Positions 17,490 to 29,534 of a stretch of 64,000 nt of DNA are shown piece after piece (within the stretch, counting starts at the first letter, position 1; each line of letters begins with the position of its first letter). Below the pieces are notes generated by a model that was not told where the DNA came from, did no database searches, and worked only from the letters and a program-made list of their open reading frames with translations. Origin of the DNA: Eledone cirrhosa (taxonomy: Eukaryota); assembly GCA_964016885.1 (NCBI GenBank), contig OZ024742.1, positions 116,870,001 to 116,934,000 of the forward strand, given 5' to 3'. The translations under genes and the position numbers were made by a program.

Positions 17490-20247
17490 CCAAAGAAGTA
17501 ATAACAACTATCCATGTACAAATCAGATGAAATTGTGGAACTGTTAAAGAGAAGACGAGGAATACTGTGTACAAGAAGTGAGATGGAGAGGTACCTCAGT
17601 GAAATTAATCACAGGCAAGCAACTTGGATATGAACTCTACTGAACAGGAAATGAGAATGGTCTGGGAGTTGTAGGCATACTAGTGGAGAAATGGATAGAT
17701 AAGGTAATAGAGATAGTTAGAGTGACAGAATCATCATGCTTAGACTAACTGTAATAAATATACTGGTGACAATCTCATCTAACTATGCTCCACAGGCAGG
17801 GCTAGGTAAAAAAACAAAAAGACAGGTTCTATGAAGAACTTTTACAGACAACTTCAGGTATTGACAAAAGAGATCTCATCATCTTGGCAGGCAAGTTTAA
17901 TGGACATGCGGGACAGTACCAGGATAGATTCAGCAGAATTTGTGGTGTCTATGGTTATAGCGCAAGGAATGAAGATGGTCTGAGACTCCTGGAATTCTGT
18001 GATGCAAATAAACTAACTATCTGCAAAACAAATGTCAGGAAACCAGCCAACCACCAGAATTCATATAAATATGGTGAACACATAAGCCATAATAATTACT
18101 TACTTGATAGACAACAGGCCAAACCAACTGTAGTAAATACTCAGGCCTTCCCTAGGGAAAAATACACTCCCCAGCATAGATCAGTTATTAGTAACATCAA
18201 AATAATCAAAAGACAGAACTAGACACACAGGAAAATAAGGAGATTGAGGGTGTGGAAGCTAAAGGACCTCTCGGTTAAATATAGGTTTAGAAAAGCCTTA
18301 CAGGATGCACTTGAGAGGTATGATGAACTAGATACATAAAATATAGAGGACAACTGGAAATCTTACGTGACAACCTTTTGCTAAACACTGGCAAGACTTG
18401 CAGCTGGAGTAAAGCACCAGCCAGACAGAGGGTGATCTGCTGGTGGAACAGCACAATAGATGTAGCCATTAAAGCCGGGAGACAGGCATGGAAAGACTGG
18501 AAAAATGGGGGTAACAGAGATTGGTAGCTAAGAAAGAAGCTAAGAAACAGTTACACACAGCTCAGGAATAGGCTGAAGAAAGTAAATTAGCCAATGTCTT
18601 GAGACATGAGGATTAGAGGTGTGAAGTGTTCCGTATTGCAAGGCAGTCTGTTAGTGTGAGTCAGGATGTTGTTGTGGAAAAATGTGTTATAAATGAGGCT
18701 GATGCATTTAGCACCACTGATGCCCAAAATAAAGAGGCCTGGATATGTTACTATGAGAGATTGATTAATGTAGAGAATGAATGGGAAGAAGAGAAACTAT
18801 TACCCAAAGGAAGGACCAGCTATTGAAGTTGATAGTGTGAGGGTCAAAGACGCAGTCAAGGAGATGAAGAATGCTAAAGATGCAGGACCATCAGAGATAG
18901 TTCCTGAAATGCTAAGAGCTTCGGAAGAGATAGGAGTTAACATAATAACCTGTATAGTAAATCAAGTAAAACATCATGGAGTCATACCCAATGACTGGCA
19001 CAGCAGTACAATCAGAAATTTCTACAAGGGCAAAGGTCATGCTCTAGAAAGGAGCAACTCAAGAGGAATAAAATTAATGGACTAAGTTATGAAAGTGACA
19101 GAAAGAGTTATAGTGTAGCTAGTTAGGGAAAGATTCAAAATAGATGAGATGCAGTTTGGTTTCATGCCTAAGAAATTTACTGCAGATGCCCTCTTCTTAC
19201 TGAAGCAACTACAAGAGAAGTTCCTAGCTAAAGATAAACCACTATATTTAGCTTTTGTTGATTTAGAAAATGCCTTTGACAGAGTACCCCAATCTATTAT
19301 CTGGTGGTCCGTGAGGAAATTAGGTGCAGAAGAATGACTTGTGAGAGCAGTGCAAGTTATGTACAGAGGAGCTGTCAATAAAGGGAGAGTAGGAAAGGAG
19401 TTTAGTGAGGAATTCAAAGGACCCAGATTCCCTCAAGGAAATGGCAATGCTCAATATGCAAAAAAGGAGTAGGTATAAAATCCATACAATGTACACAATG
19501 TAAATCTTGGGTACTCAAAAATGTAGTGGGATAACAAGTAGACTAACAGGGAGGAAGAACTTTGCTTGAAGAAGATGTGCAGGAGAAATCAAAAGTAAGA
19601 CTGCTAATGATATAAACCTTTTCCAATCACAGGAAGGATCCATAGACAATGGTTGATAGCTTCTACTATTTAAGTGACCAAATTAGAAGTGGCAGAGGGT
19701 GTGGCAAAATTATAACAACTAGAATAAGGATAGGATTGAAGAAATTTGGAGAACTGATCCCACTGCTGACAACAAAAGTTTTCTCCTTTCATACAAAAGG
19801 AAGGCTGTATGATGTCTGTGTGTGGTGTGCAATGCTGCATGATAGGGAAACATGGGCTATGACTCCAGAGGACATGCGTAGACTGGAAAGAAAAGAAGCC
19901 ATCATGTTTCTTTGGATCTGCAATGTAAATGTGAGAGAAAGTAGAGCTTGGACAAGCTTGGAAGAGCTGAGAGGGTGTGTCGAAGAGAAGACTGCATTGG
20001 TATGGACATGTGATGTGCATGGAGAATGACCAATGGGTGAAGAAATGCCAACAAATCCCAATGAAAGGAAGCTGCAAAAGAGGACGACCAAGAAAGACCT
20101 GGGCAAAGTTTGTGAGAGTGGACCGCAAAACCAAAGATCAGCAAAGGAGATGACAAATGAATGCGACAAGTAGAGAGATGTCATACTGAGAAGGACCCGT
20201 CCAACCCATGCAAGTATGGAAAAGTGGACATAAAAACGATGATGATA
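17490..20247 (+). mobile_element. Degenerate near-full-length RTE LINE with internal deletion of the YADD region
   Basis: APE motifs (YAPQAG, AG.FNGH), RT motifs, jump from EEF to the PHD-like region at ~19417, many stops, (ATG)n tail. Confidence 0.93.
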
Positions 20248-20449
20248 TATAAAACCCTATTGTATTGCATATCTGTGTTAATCATCATTCATTCATTATA
20301 TATAAAGTCAGCAGGAATGAAGTCAAGGTGGCACCATAAATAAACATTATTGCTTATGACAATTGTTTCGATATCCATCCTCATATTGGTCAGAGGCACA
20401 GAACACACTTGAATGTGTTCTGTGCCTACAAATGCATATCTGATATAAT

Positions 20450-20637
20450 AATTGTTTCTACTTTTGGCACAAGGCCAGCAATTACCCAGTGCATTACTGG
20501 TACTTTATTTCATCGACCCCGTAAAGATGAAAGGCAAAGTTAATCTCGGCGGGATTTGAACTCAGAAAAGCAAGGGCCGTAACTCTATGTTGCAAAGCAT
20601 GGCGTCTGATCATCTACCGATACTGCCAATCCACCGC
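20450..20637 (-). mobile_element. tRNA-derived Deu/Nin-domain SINE with TSD
   Basis: A and B boxes, ctttgcctttcatc...ggggtcgat...aagtaccag core; gcatatctgatataataat repeated at 20434 and 20636. Confidence 0.9.
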
Positions 20638-21384
20638 ATATCTGATATAATAATAAAGGTATGTGGCTTACTAATTTAGATTAAATAATGGAATGATAGA
20701 AAAGCAATCTAAATTCTTTTTAACCTTGGAGAGATACAGGCTGGTTTCAGTGAAATAGGAATATTAAGGCATTCTAAAGATATGAACAGTGAGGTATTGG
20801 AAGGAATAATAACTAGTATTGTGTGGAATAATATAAGATAAGATTCAGAATAGAGAAGTGGTCAAAAGGTATGATTAAGTGACTGAAGTTTGCAAACATT
20901 TTACTTGTCTTTAAGATGAAGAAATTTTGCTGCCAGATATTGCTAAAGAACTGACAACAATGGCAGCAAACAAGTATTGTACTTAAGTATTAAAATATTC
21001 CACAAAATCAAAAATGTCATATTGTTTTACCATCACAGAAATGTTTTGCCTTTTAATTATAAGCGATTTTAATTATAAGCGATTCACAATACCTTCTAGA
21101 ACAGTCTACAGTATATCCCAAAATCAATAAAATTAATTTTTTTATTTAAAAATCAGCTGTTTCAATCATGCTTCTGCATAATATTGGCTCATATCCTATT
21201 TTTGCTTAATCAAGTTGGGGTTTGCCATTTTGTAGAGAATAAACAAGGATATATTAAATTAAACCACACAATGAAATAAGTCAGTATTATTTTCATTTCA
21301 AAAATATAGTTTTTCCTTTTCATACATTTGTATACACTGCAGAAGGTATACATGTGCAGAAGGTGGTGTTTCTGATATATATAT

Positions 21385-21436
21385 ATCTAAACCCATGCTA
21401 GTGTGGAAAATAGACATTAAACGATGATGATGATGA

Positions 21437-21440
<4 letters not shown>
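21385..21440 (+). mobile_element. Isolated RTE 3' tail
   Basis: acccatgctagtgtggaaaatagacattaaacgatgatgatg. Confidence 0.75.
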
Positions 21441-21472
<32 letters not shown>

Positions 21473-21486
21473 GAGACAGAGAGAGG

Positions 21487-21700
21487 AGTGGTGATTGAAG
21501 TTATGTTCACTTTGCAGTCATGAGATTCTGAATTCAATCCTACTTCATGGTGACTTTAGCAAGTGTCCTTTCCCATAGCCTCAGGTCAACTGAAGCCTTA
21601 TGAGTGAAACTGTTTAGAAGACCATTGGATAGACTGTAACTTTAATAGAAAGGGCTAGCCTTGTCACACACTGTCCCACTAAATCTCTTTGAGTTTAATG
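21487..21700 (+). mobile_element. Degenerate tRNA-derived SINE
   Basis: gaattcaatcc B-box then actttagcaagtgtc...atagcctcagg body. Confidence 0.55.
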
Positions 21701-22149
21701 TTAATTGATACACACAGCCACTTCACTTTATTTCAACTACTACTATTACTACCACCAATAATTCCTCTACTGTTTCAGTGTATCATATTGTTTGAATAGC
21801 TAATTAATCTGGTTGCTTAGTTTCCCCTTTTCCTCAAAACCTTAATCATTAAATCATCATCACATACAACCCCTTACACATTAATTTTACATATTGATAA
21901 TTGCATTGATCAAACAACTGGAGCCCTCATTGTCTATGAGAATTACATTTGGTACATTTGCCTGTGGAGTACAGAGCCACTTATACCTTAATTTAACAAG
22001 TTGGTCTCTACATTGTTCAGAAAAGTAGTGCACCCACTCCCCAAGCAAAATGTAAAGGGTAGTCATGTCTGTGGAATACTAGACCACTTGGAATACTGAA
22101 CCCCTTCAACAGGTCTACATCTCGATTTATGATATAAAACGAAACACTT

Positions 22150-22448
22150 ATTGTGCCTGAGAATTATGTAAACAATATATTTGTCTTACATGAACATTTA
22201 ATATGTTCATCATTCTGTTGTTCAAAGAACTGAAACACTCTTTATACAAGTTCCAAGTGGAAGGAAACAGCAGAAGAAAACAAATGGAAATCTGGACATG
22301 GTCAGAAGTGTGGAGAGCTGATCTCAGAATTCTGAATCTCACAGAGGAGATGACAATGGACCTTGAGAGATGGAGCAAAGCTGTGCTGGAAGAGACTCAT
22401 CCAGATTCTGCAAACAAGAAATGATGGACATAAAAGTGACGATGATGA
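22150..22448 (+). mobile_element. Degenerate RTE 3' fragment
   Basis: TWSEVWRADLRILNLTEEMTMD plus tail. Confidence 0.75.
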
Positions 22449-23099
22449 GAAGAAGAATATTTGCTGAGTAGGAGAAAAATAGAATGTCCAATTATTCTCT
22501 CCATTATTAAGTTGACACATTTGTATAGAATTGGATCTGATTATAAGTCAACTGCTGCTATACCAGTGTGTTATCGCTATCCAGTATAGAATTCTAGTAA
22601 TAATTTTTTTTTTTTAATGAATATTGGAAGAAAGATAGAAATTGCTTATTTGTTGAGATATCTTTTAAGGCAGAATTTTAAATGTGAAATAATTTTACCT
22701 CTTTCACCTGCCCCCCCCCCCCCCCTCTCTCTGCTGATCTCTCTGTACTATACACTTTCCATTTCTTCTCCCATTGTGTTTATATCTCTTTGCTTTTACC
22801 TCTCTCTGCCCTCTCTATTATTCTACTATTAGGTAACTAAAAAACTCATCATACTCACTGAATTAGTTTTCTTCTTTCAAGGTTTAAAAATAACTTCCTC
22901 ACAGTAGTGATGGCAGTGATGGTCATCATTGTAATGTTGTAGTAGTATAGAAACTAATCAACAGACAATATAATATATTCTATTAATAATTTATTTGTGG
23001 TAACTTACATATTTTGATCAATACAATCCGATTAGCAATTTTAGCTTAGAAGTCCTCATGAATTTTAGCTTAGAAGTCCTCATGTCATAGTTTCATATT

Positions 23100-23380
23100 C
23101 TCTTATTCTTTTACTGGTTTTAGTCATTAAACTATGGTTATGTTAGGGCACAGACTTCATTGGTGTTTTAGTTGATCATATTAAGCCCAGTACTTATTTT
23201 TCAAGCCTGACACTTATTTTATTTATCCCTTTTTTGAATCACAAAGTTACAGTAAATGGACACACATACACACATGGTTATTTAGTTGGTCAAACTGAGT
23301 AGAAGACAGTGTATGAAGCAAAGAAACTGAACCTAAAACTATGCGCTGTGGAATAAGCACCTTAACCATACTGTCATGCA
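23100..23380 (-). mobile_element. Degenerate SINE of another family (opposite-strand relative at ~24020-24170)
   Basis: cttttactggttttagtcatt...cccagtacttattt; reverse-complement motifs at 24040-24145. Confidence 0.5.
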
Positions 23381-24660
23381 TACACCTGTATATGTGTTTG
23401 TGTCAATAAATTATCAGTTTTTTCAGAAATTAAATCGTTTTAAACATTTTTTCCTGAGAGTTATAGACTTTTTAGGCAGTAAATTGGAAGCATTATAAGG
23501 GATCGCTTTAATATCTTCGATTCTGGTCCAGTTCCCTGTGAATTGAGATCAAATTTTGATGAGGTTAACCTAGTTGTTTATCATATCAGGATCAATAATT
23601 GAGGTACCATTCCAAGGATGAGGGATTAGTAAAATTGTTAAAGTGTCATCAGAAGGGCTGCTTTGTGGTGCCTGTTCTGGATTTGTGTTTTGAGTTCAAA
23701 TTCTGCCTCCAGTTACCAATAAAGCAATGATGCATAAACTGATTGAGAGTATCAGCAAAGGAAAGACCAACAAAAATATTATTTCCTTGGTCTGATCAAA
23801 CAATCTTCTGATTTTATATTTCTTTTAACAGAATTAATATACTAAAATGTCTAGTTTAGTGATGTCTACAATACTTTTACAAAACACACAGTGTGGATGA
23901 AGCCTTTGTGATTTATAAAGGTTTATTAGCTAACTGGAATAGATGGAAGATTGAAATCATTGATTAATAGCAGCGTGGTAAGAAATGTTACTGTTTTTTT
24001 TTTATGTTCCATAACATACCAGTTTAACAAAATGAAATTGATAAAATAAGTACCAGAATTAATAAGTACCAAACAAGTGCTAAGGTCAATATGACTGACT
24101 AAAACCCTTGGCTTGGCTTCAGTAAAATGAGTGAAACCAGTAAACAAATAACATGAATAGCATATCAAACTTAAAAGTATGGAAGCAGAGTAGAACGACA
24201 TTTAGTGTTATAGTGATGATATGTGAATCAATATAGCCTTCCTTTAATATTTATCTTGTTGTTTAGCCATATGTTGTCTTTAACGGAACAAACCTCAAAT
24301 CATGTTTTGTGGTTTTTTTAAAAATAAATCTACACTATTCAACAACTATCTTTATTTTTAAAGCAATATGGTATGAATTGAGGCTACTAATATTAGCTGG
24401 GTAAGCAGCCACAAAGAGTTTCCATAGTAAATTAAATGGCGATATCAGAGAACAGCAAACTATATTATTTCAAAGTTAACAATACTTTGTGTGATTACAT
24501 GATTGAAAAGTGTAAACATTAAATAATTTTGATTATAATTTATTGAACTTTATGTAATCACCAAATAGATTTTAGTTTAATTCACACTTTGGTTTAACAA
24601 AACGATTAAATGAATAATTTAATTGATATTAATAATAAATTTGTCAAGTAGCGTTTATTT

Positions 24661-24695
24661 ATTAATCATTTTTTTGTTTTCTTTTTCAGGTAAGT
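24661..24695 (+). promoter_or_regulatory. Candidate recursive splice site (ratchet point): 3' splice site fused to a perfect 5' splice site
   Basis: attaat branch-like motif (24661-24666), tttttttgttttctttttCAG (AG at 24688-24689), then GTAAGT (24690-24695). Confidence 0.7.
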
Positions 24696-24749
24696 ACCAA
24701 CATCCTTCTGTTTGTAAACAAATCAAACTGCTGTTGTGAATAAACAGAA
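24690..24749 (+). other. Candidate cryptic RS-exon (60 nt)
   Basis: Bounded by the acceptor above and a downstream donor GAA|GTAAGC at 24750 (alternative CAG|GTACAA at 24758); stop codons in all three frames. Confidence 0.5.
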
Positions 24750-25169
24750 GTAAGCAGGTACAAATTTTAAAATTATATTACATATTTAAAAAAAAATATT
24801 AAATTAAATAACAATTAATGTTGTGGTTTCTCAAAATGTAATGTTTCATAATTTTCAAATGTAAAATAATAACGCAAAAATTGTTTATTGTATAATCTAA
24901 AAATGATATATTTGGGAAGTTGGGGGAGCTAGGCCACTAACAAAGAAATGTTGGTTGGCAGTTAGGTTAGCTATGGTATCTGGAGAAGCTCATGAGTGTG
25001 TTTGGCTTTTCTAAAGCCTTAGCCTCACTATCTTTTGTAGAAAGGCTGTGAATATTTCCAGGTGCTTCAAAAACTTTTAGAGAGCAACATAAGCATTTCT
25101 CTCTGTAGCATGTAATTAAGTGAGAGTACATGTTTTTCTTTTATTCTTTACTAATATAAAGTTGTTTCT

Positions 25170-25282
25170 TGACGTCTCAATGAGATTTGGATAATGACAG
25201 AGAGACTGAGCATAAGTGGAATCAAATGCTGTGTGCAGGAGGGGAGGATGCATTGGTATGGACATGTGATGGATATGAAGAA
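25170..25282 (+). mobile_element. RTE C-terminal fragment
   Basis: cattggtatggacatgtgatg (HWYGHVM). Confidence 0.6.
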
Positions 25283-26024
25283 TTTATCCAGGTTTCATGT
25301 GACATTAAACAACTGAGATTATAAGACCACCTTTAGAAGCCATGTCAGTCTGCTATAAAGTTAACACCCAGCTGCTACTGCTTATGGTACTCATCTTTTC
25401 AGCTGCATGGAGTGGAACCCTTGACCTTACAATGAGACCAACATACCTCTCCGCTAGATTGCATGCCTTCATTCACAAATATTTTGATAAAAACTGCCCA
25501 CTTAATATTAAAATTGAGATCTATTGTCTCATAACAAATATTATTACTTCTAAAGTAATGTATTTAGGTATACACACATGCATACACACATAGACACACT
25601 CACATGCACACACAAGCAGTTATTGTATTTTATTTATATCAATTTTTACAAAGTAACACTATTTTAATTCTAAATGGAAATGTAATTGCTGCCACTTAGG
25701 TTAACTAGATTTATATATCTTAAAGCAAATTCTTCCTCTTCACGTAGTGAACTGAAATGAAGTTTGAAATATTGAATATTATTTTACCTATGGGTTATTT
25801 AACATCATTCTAGTCATCATTAATTCTAGTCATGACAATTAGAATTTAATTGCAAATTTGTATACATGTTTTAAGCTCTATTTACTGTTGCCAGATACAT
25901 AGGATAGACAATAACATTTTAAACCAATCAGCTTCTTTTCTGCTGATGAAATTCTGTTATCAGTGAAATGGGTAATATATTGAGGTAGGCAACATCCGAA
26001 AAAACAAACAAGTTTATTGATGCC

Positions 26025-26088
<64 letters not shown>

Positions 26089-26289
26089 TATGTATACGTA
26101 CATACATATATGTATACAGACGTACAGTAGTATGTATATATATATACATACATGCACACATATATATGTACGTATGGATTCACCGAACATTTATTTTAAT
26201 GCTCGTGTGTTTGTAAACAAACATCCCGAATTAATCCGTACAGTGTCTAGCAACCATTGTTGCTCTTTTGTGCAACACTGACAAAAGAA

Positions 26290-26330
26290 CGCTGTACTAG
26301 TTTCAAGCTTATTAACTATCGTCAGCAACG
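26290..26330 (-). ncRNA. Type I minimal hammerhead ribozyme
   Basis: cgttg-CTGACGA-t agt taataa gct t-GAAAC-TA-GTA-cagcg: 5-bp stem I, palindromic ACTAGT stem III, GUA cleavage triplet. Confidence 0.8.
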
Positions 26331-26719
26331 TATACCTTCCTGCAAGATGATTGAACGTCTGAAAGTATATACTTTCCTTATGCATATTAACGGCTGAGCA
26401 GCCCAATTTGCATATCGAATGAGTTAATCGGCCGGGCGCACCGAAAACGATAAACGGAAAAAATGAAACGAAATTTCATTTCTCACTCTTAGTACGGCTG
26501 TTACTTAAATATAAGTATGTATACGTACATACATATATGTATACAGACGTACAGTAGTATGGATATACATATACATACATGCACATATATATATATGTAC
26601 GTATGGATTCACCGAACATTTATTATAATGCTCGGTGTGTTTGTAAACAAACATCCCGAATTAAGCCGTACAGTGTCTAGCAACCATCGTTGGTCTTTTG
26701 TTCAACACTGACAAAGGAA

Positions 26720-26760
26720 CACTGTACTTGTTTCAAGCTTATTAGCTATCGTCAGCAACG
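26720..26760 (-). ncRNA. Type I minimal hammerhead ribozyme (second tandem copy)
   Basis: cgttg-CTGACGA-tagctaataagctt-GAAAC-AA-GTA-cagtg; stem III palindrome broken by one substitution. Confidence 0.7.
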
Positions 26761-27509
26761 TATACCTTCCTGACGATAGCTAATAAGCTTGAAACTAGTA
26801 CAGCGTTCCTTTGTCAGTGTTGAACAAAAGAGCAACGATGGTTGCTAGACACTGTACGGCTTAATTCGGGGATGTTTGTTTACAAACACACCGAGCATTA
26901 TAATAAATGTTCGGTGAATCCATACGTACATATATATATATGTGTGCATCTATGTATATGTATATACATACTACTGTACGTCTGTATACATATATGTATG
27001 TACGTATACATACTTATATTTAAGTAACAGCCGTACTAAGAGTGAGAAATGAAATTTCGTTTCATTTTTTCCGTTTATATATATACATATATATATATAT
27101 AAATGGAAAATATGAAACCAAATCTCATTTATATATATATATACTAGCAGTAAAGCCCGGCGTTGCTCGGGGCTGCTCAGTAGCTGTGTTAAAGTTACAC
27201 TGTTAAGTACCTTTCTTGGCTTAAAAACTGTAGGGTCTACAGTGTAGACTTTCATGTGGTAATTTTGATTAATATTCTCTCAAACAACAGTATGCCTTAT
27301 GAAGTTAAGAAAACATATCCATAACTCGAATATTAAAACAAAAGAGGATGCTGGGGATAAAAACTGCACTGGTAATCTATTAACAAAAATCGAAAATGTA
27401 AACATTGCAACACTTGTCTCAAAAAAAACATCATCGTAACGAAACTATCAGTTATTTTGAAACAAAGAAATTGGATGAACATGAAAAAAAAAAAAAAAAA
27501 TGCAATTTG

Positions 27510-27692
27510 ATCGCCTATCACCTCTCTGCACGACTGTCTGTCTGTACAACTTTATCTCCTATATCACTTCTCTGCACGATTGTCTGTCTGAATGCTTACA
27601 TCGTCTATCAGCCCGACCGTCTGTCTGCACAACTTTATCGCCTATATCACCTCTATGCACGACTGTCTGTCTGCACAACTGTATCGCCTATA
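27510..27692. repeat. Minisatellite (~45-nt unit, about 4 copies) inside the Helitron-like element
   Basis: cctatatcacctctctgcacgactgtctgtctgcacaactttatcg-like unit repeated. Confidence 0.8.
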
Positions 27693-28164
27693 GCAGTAAA
27701 GCCCGGCGTTGCTCGGGGCTGCTCAGTAGCTGTGTTAAATTTACAATGTTACGTTCCTTTCACATTCATCTGTAGAACAAACGTAGCCCATGTGTCAAGT
27801 TCTGTGAAAATCGGTTGCGAACTCCAGAAGTTATGACGTTTTGTTACATTGCACTGCAGTGCTTCAGTCGACTCCAAGAAAGTGGTTAAAGGGCGTTATC
27901 TGCCGGCAGGCCCTATAATCAATATCTGGAAAAATGAAAGTGCCCATGACCATCCGGAGTACATAAGTAACCTATGTCTTAAGTTTGGCGAAAATACTGT
28001 AGAAATGCATAAGGTTTACACACACACGCGCGCGTGCGTGTGTGTGTGTGTGTTTGTGTGTGTGTATGTATTTGTGTGTGCGTATGCATATGTATGTGTA
28101 TGTCCGTCGGCGCATACGTATGTACTGGCCTAAATCTTCACTATATACTTTTACTATTTTAAGG

Positions 28165-28275
28165 CAAAGTTAAAATCCCGTCGAGGTTAACTTTGCCTTT
28201 CATCCTTTGTTGATAAAATAAAGTACCAGTAATGTACTGGGTATTTGCTGGCCTTGTGCCAAAAGTAGAAACAGC
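28165..28275 (+). mobile_element. Partial Deu/Nin-domain SINE
   Basis: cccgtcgaggttaactttgcctttcatcc...taaagtaccagtaatg. Confidence 0.8.
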
Positions 28276-29534
28276 TATTTTAATAACCTCTGTCATTTTC
28301 GTTTACAATTTTATTTACATCATTCTTAAACTCCGAGGCTGGAAATCATTCGGTTATTTTAAATAGAATATTAGTCTAACGACTCCATTTACACCATAAA
28401 CTTGGTCTCGTCTTTGCATGAAATTGTTCATCACGGTCCACATAACGACGTATTATCCTTGCTTTTTTCCGTTCATTACCACGGAACGTCTTCACGAACC
28501 AAAATATCGTCTTCCCGTTTTTCTTCGGTTACAACTTTTCTCGAAATATTTAATTCTGCGTTCACAGATTGAATTTTTTAGTTTAAGAAGATCCCAGATG
28601 TTGAAAGCAGCGATTCTTTGCTTAAACTTTCTTTCTTTCTCAACCACTCTCCATTTTTTCTCATACCCTCTCTCTCTTTCTTTCTCTCTCTCTCTGTCTC
28701 TCTCTGTCTTTATATATATATATGTGTGTGTGTGTGAACCAGCGTTCGACGCCATTCTTTCTCTCTCCGATTATCTTGTACCTCTCTCTGTATAACAACC
28801 TATCTCACTTTCTCTCTCTACATCTCTCTTTCTCTCTTTAGATGTATATGTGTGTGTGTGTGTGATATATAGAGAGAGAGAGTTGCAACATGTATGTAGT
28901 TTCATAGATTTTTTAGGGTAGTAGTGAGAGGAATTAAGCGTGTAAGATAGAGGATTACAGCATGTATTTAGTTTTATCGATTTCTTTTCATAGAAGCAGG
29001 AAATGTTTGGTAAAGTTTATTACGAATTGACCAGCCTTGGTAAATTTGGAGCACATTGGAAAAAAAATCATCAAAATCGGTAGAGAAATGTAGAAATGCA
29101 TAAAAATCATACACACACACAGACATCTTCCGTTTTATATATAGAGCGATTAGAGGAACATGCTTCCATTAAAAAACACATACATCTGTTGGGCTTCATT
29201 TCAATTTATCAACAACAAATTCATAATAAGGTCCTTCTAGTGAACCTATAAATATATTTATGTTTTTAATGACTTGAATTGTGCAAATATAGTATATGCA
29301 TACTACCTGGTCCTTGAGCATCTGTAGCAGAGTTCATAGAATTGCAATGATACAAACCCTATCCGCGGATAACCTGAGATTGTTTCTTTTCTAATTTCCC
29401 TCACTAGCTTGTAACTCACTGTAAAAGGTAACTTCATGCTTAACTAGGTCATAAAAGTAAGGATTTCACAAAAATTTCATTGCTAGAGATTTGCTTGTTA
29501 ATTGAGTGACAACCATCATATACATATATATATA

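Larger units (their letters stand above)
26083..27078. mobile_element. Non-coding Penelope-pLTR / retrozyme-like element: two direct repeats (430-nt period) plus an inverted arm
   Basis: 26083-26342 repeats at ~26510-26772; 26450-26755 is inverted at 26770-27078; each unit carries a hammerhead core. Confidence 0.85.
27142..29145 (-). mobile_element. Non-autonomous Helitron-like element with duplicated 3' end
   Basis: Minus strand starts tctatatataaaacggaagatgtctgtgtgtg (~29144) and ends cccgagcaacgccgggc hairpin...CTAGT (27143-27170); second hairpin end at 27690-27720. Confidence 0.7.

Noticed and set aside
23037-23084. 24-bp tandem duplication (and a 16-bp one at ~21051-21084)
   Set aside because: Ordinary local slippage
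27510-27692. Repeat array as CRISPR
   Set aside because: Tandem units without unique spacers, eukaryotic context, no cas genes
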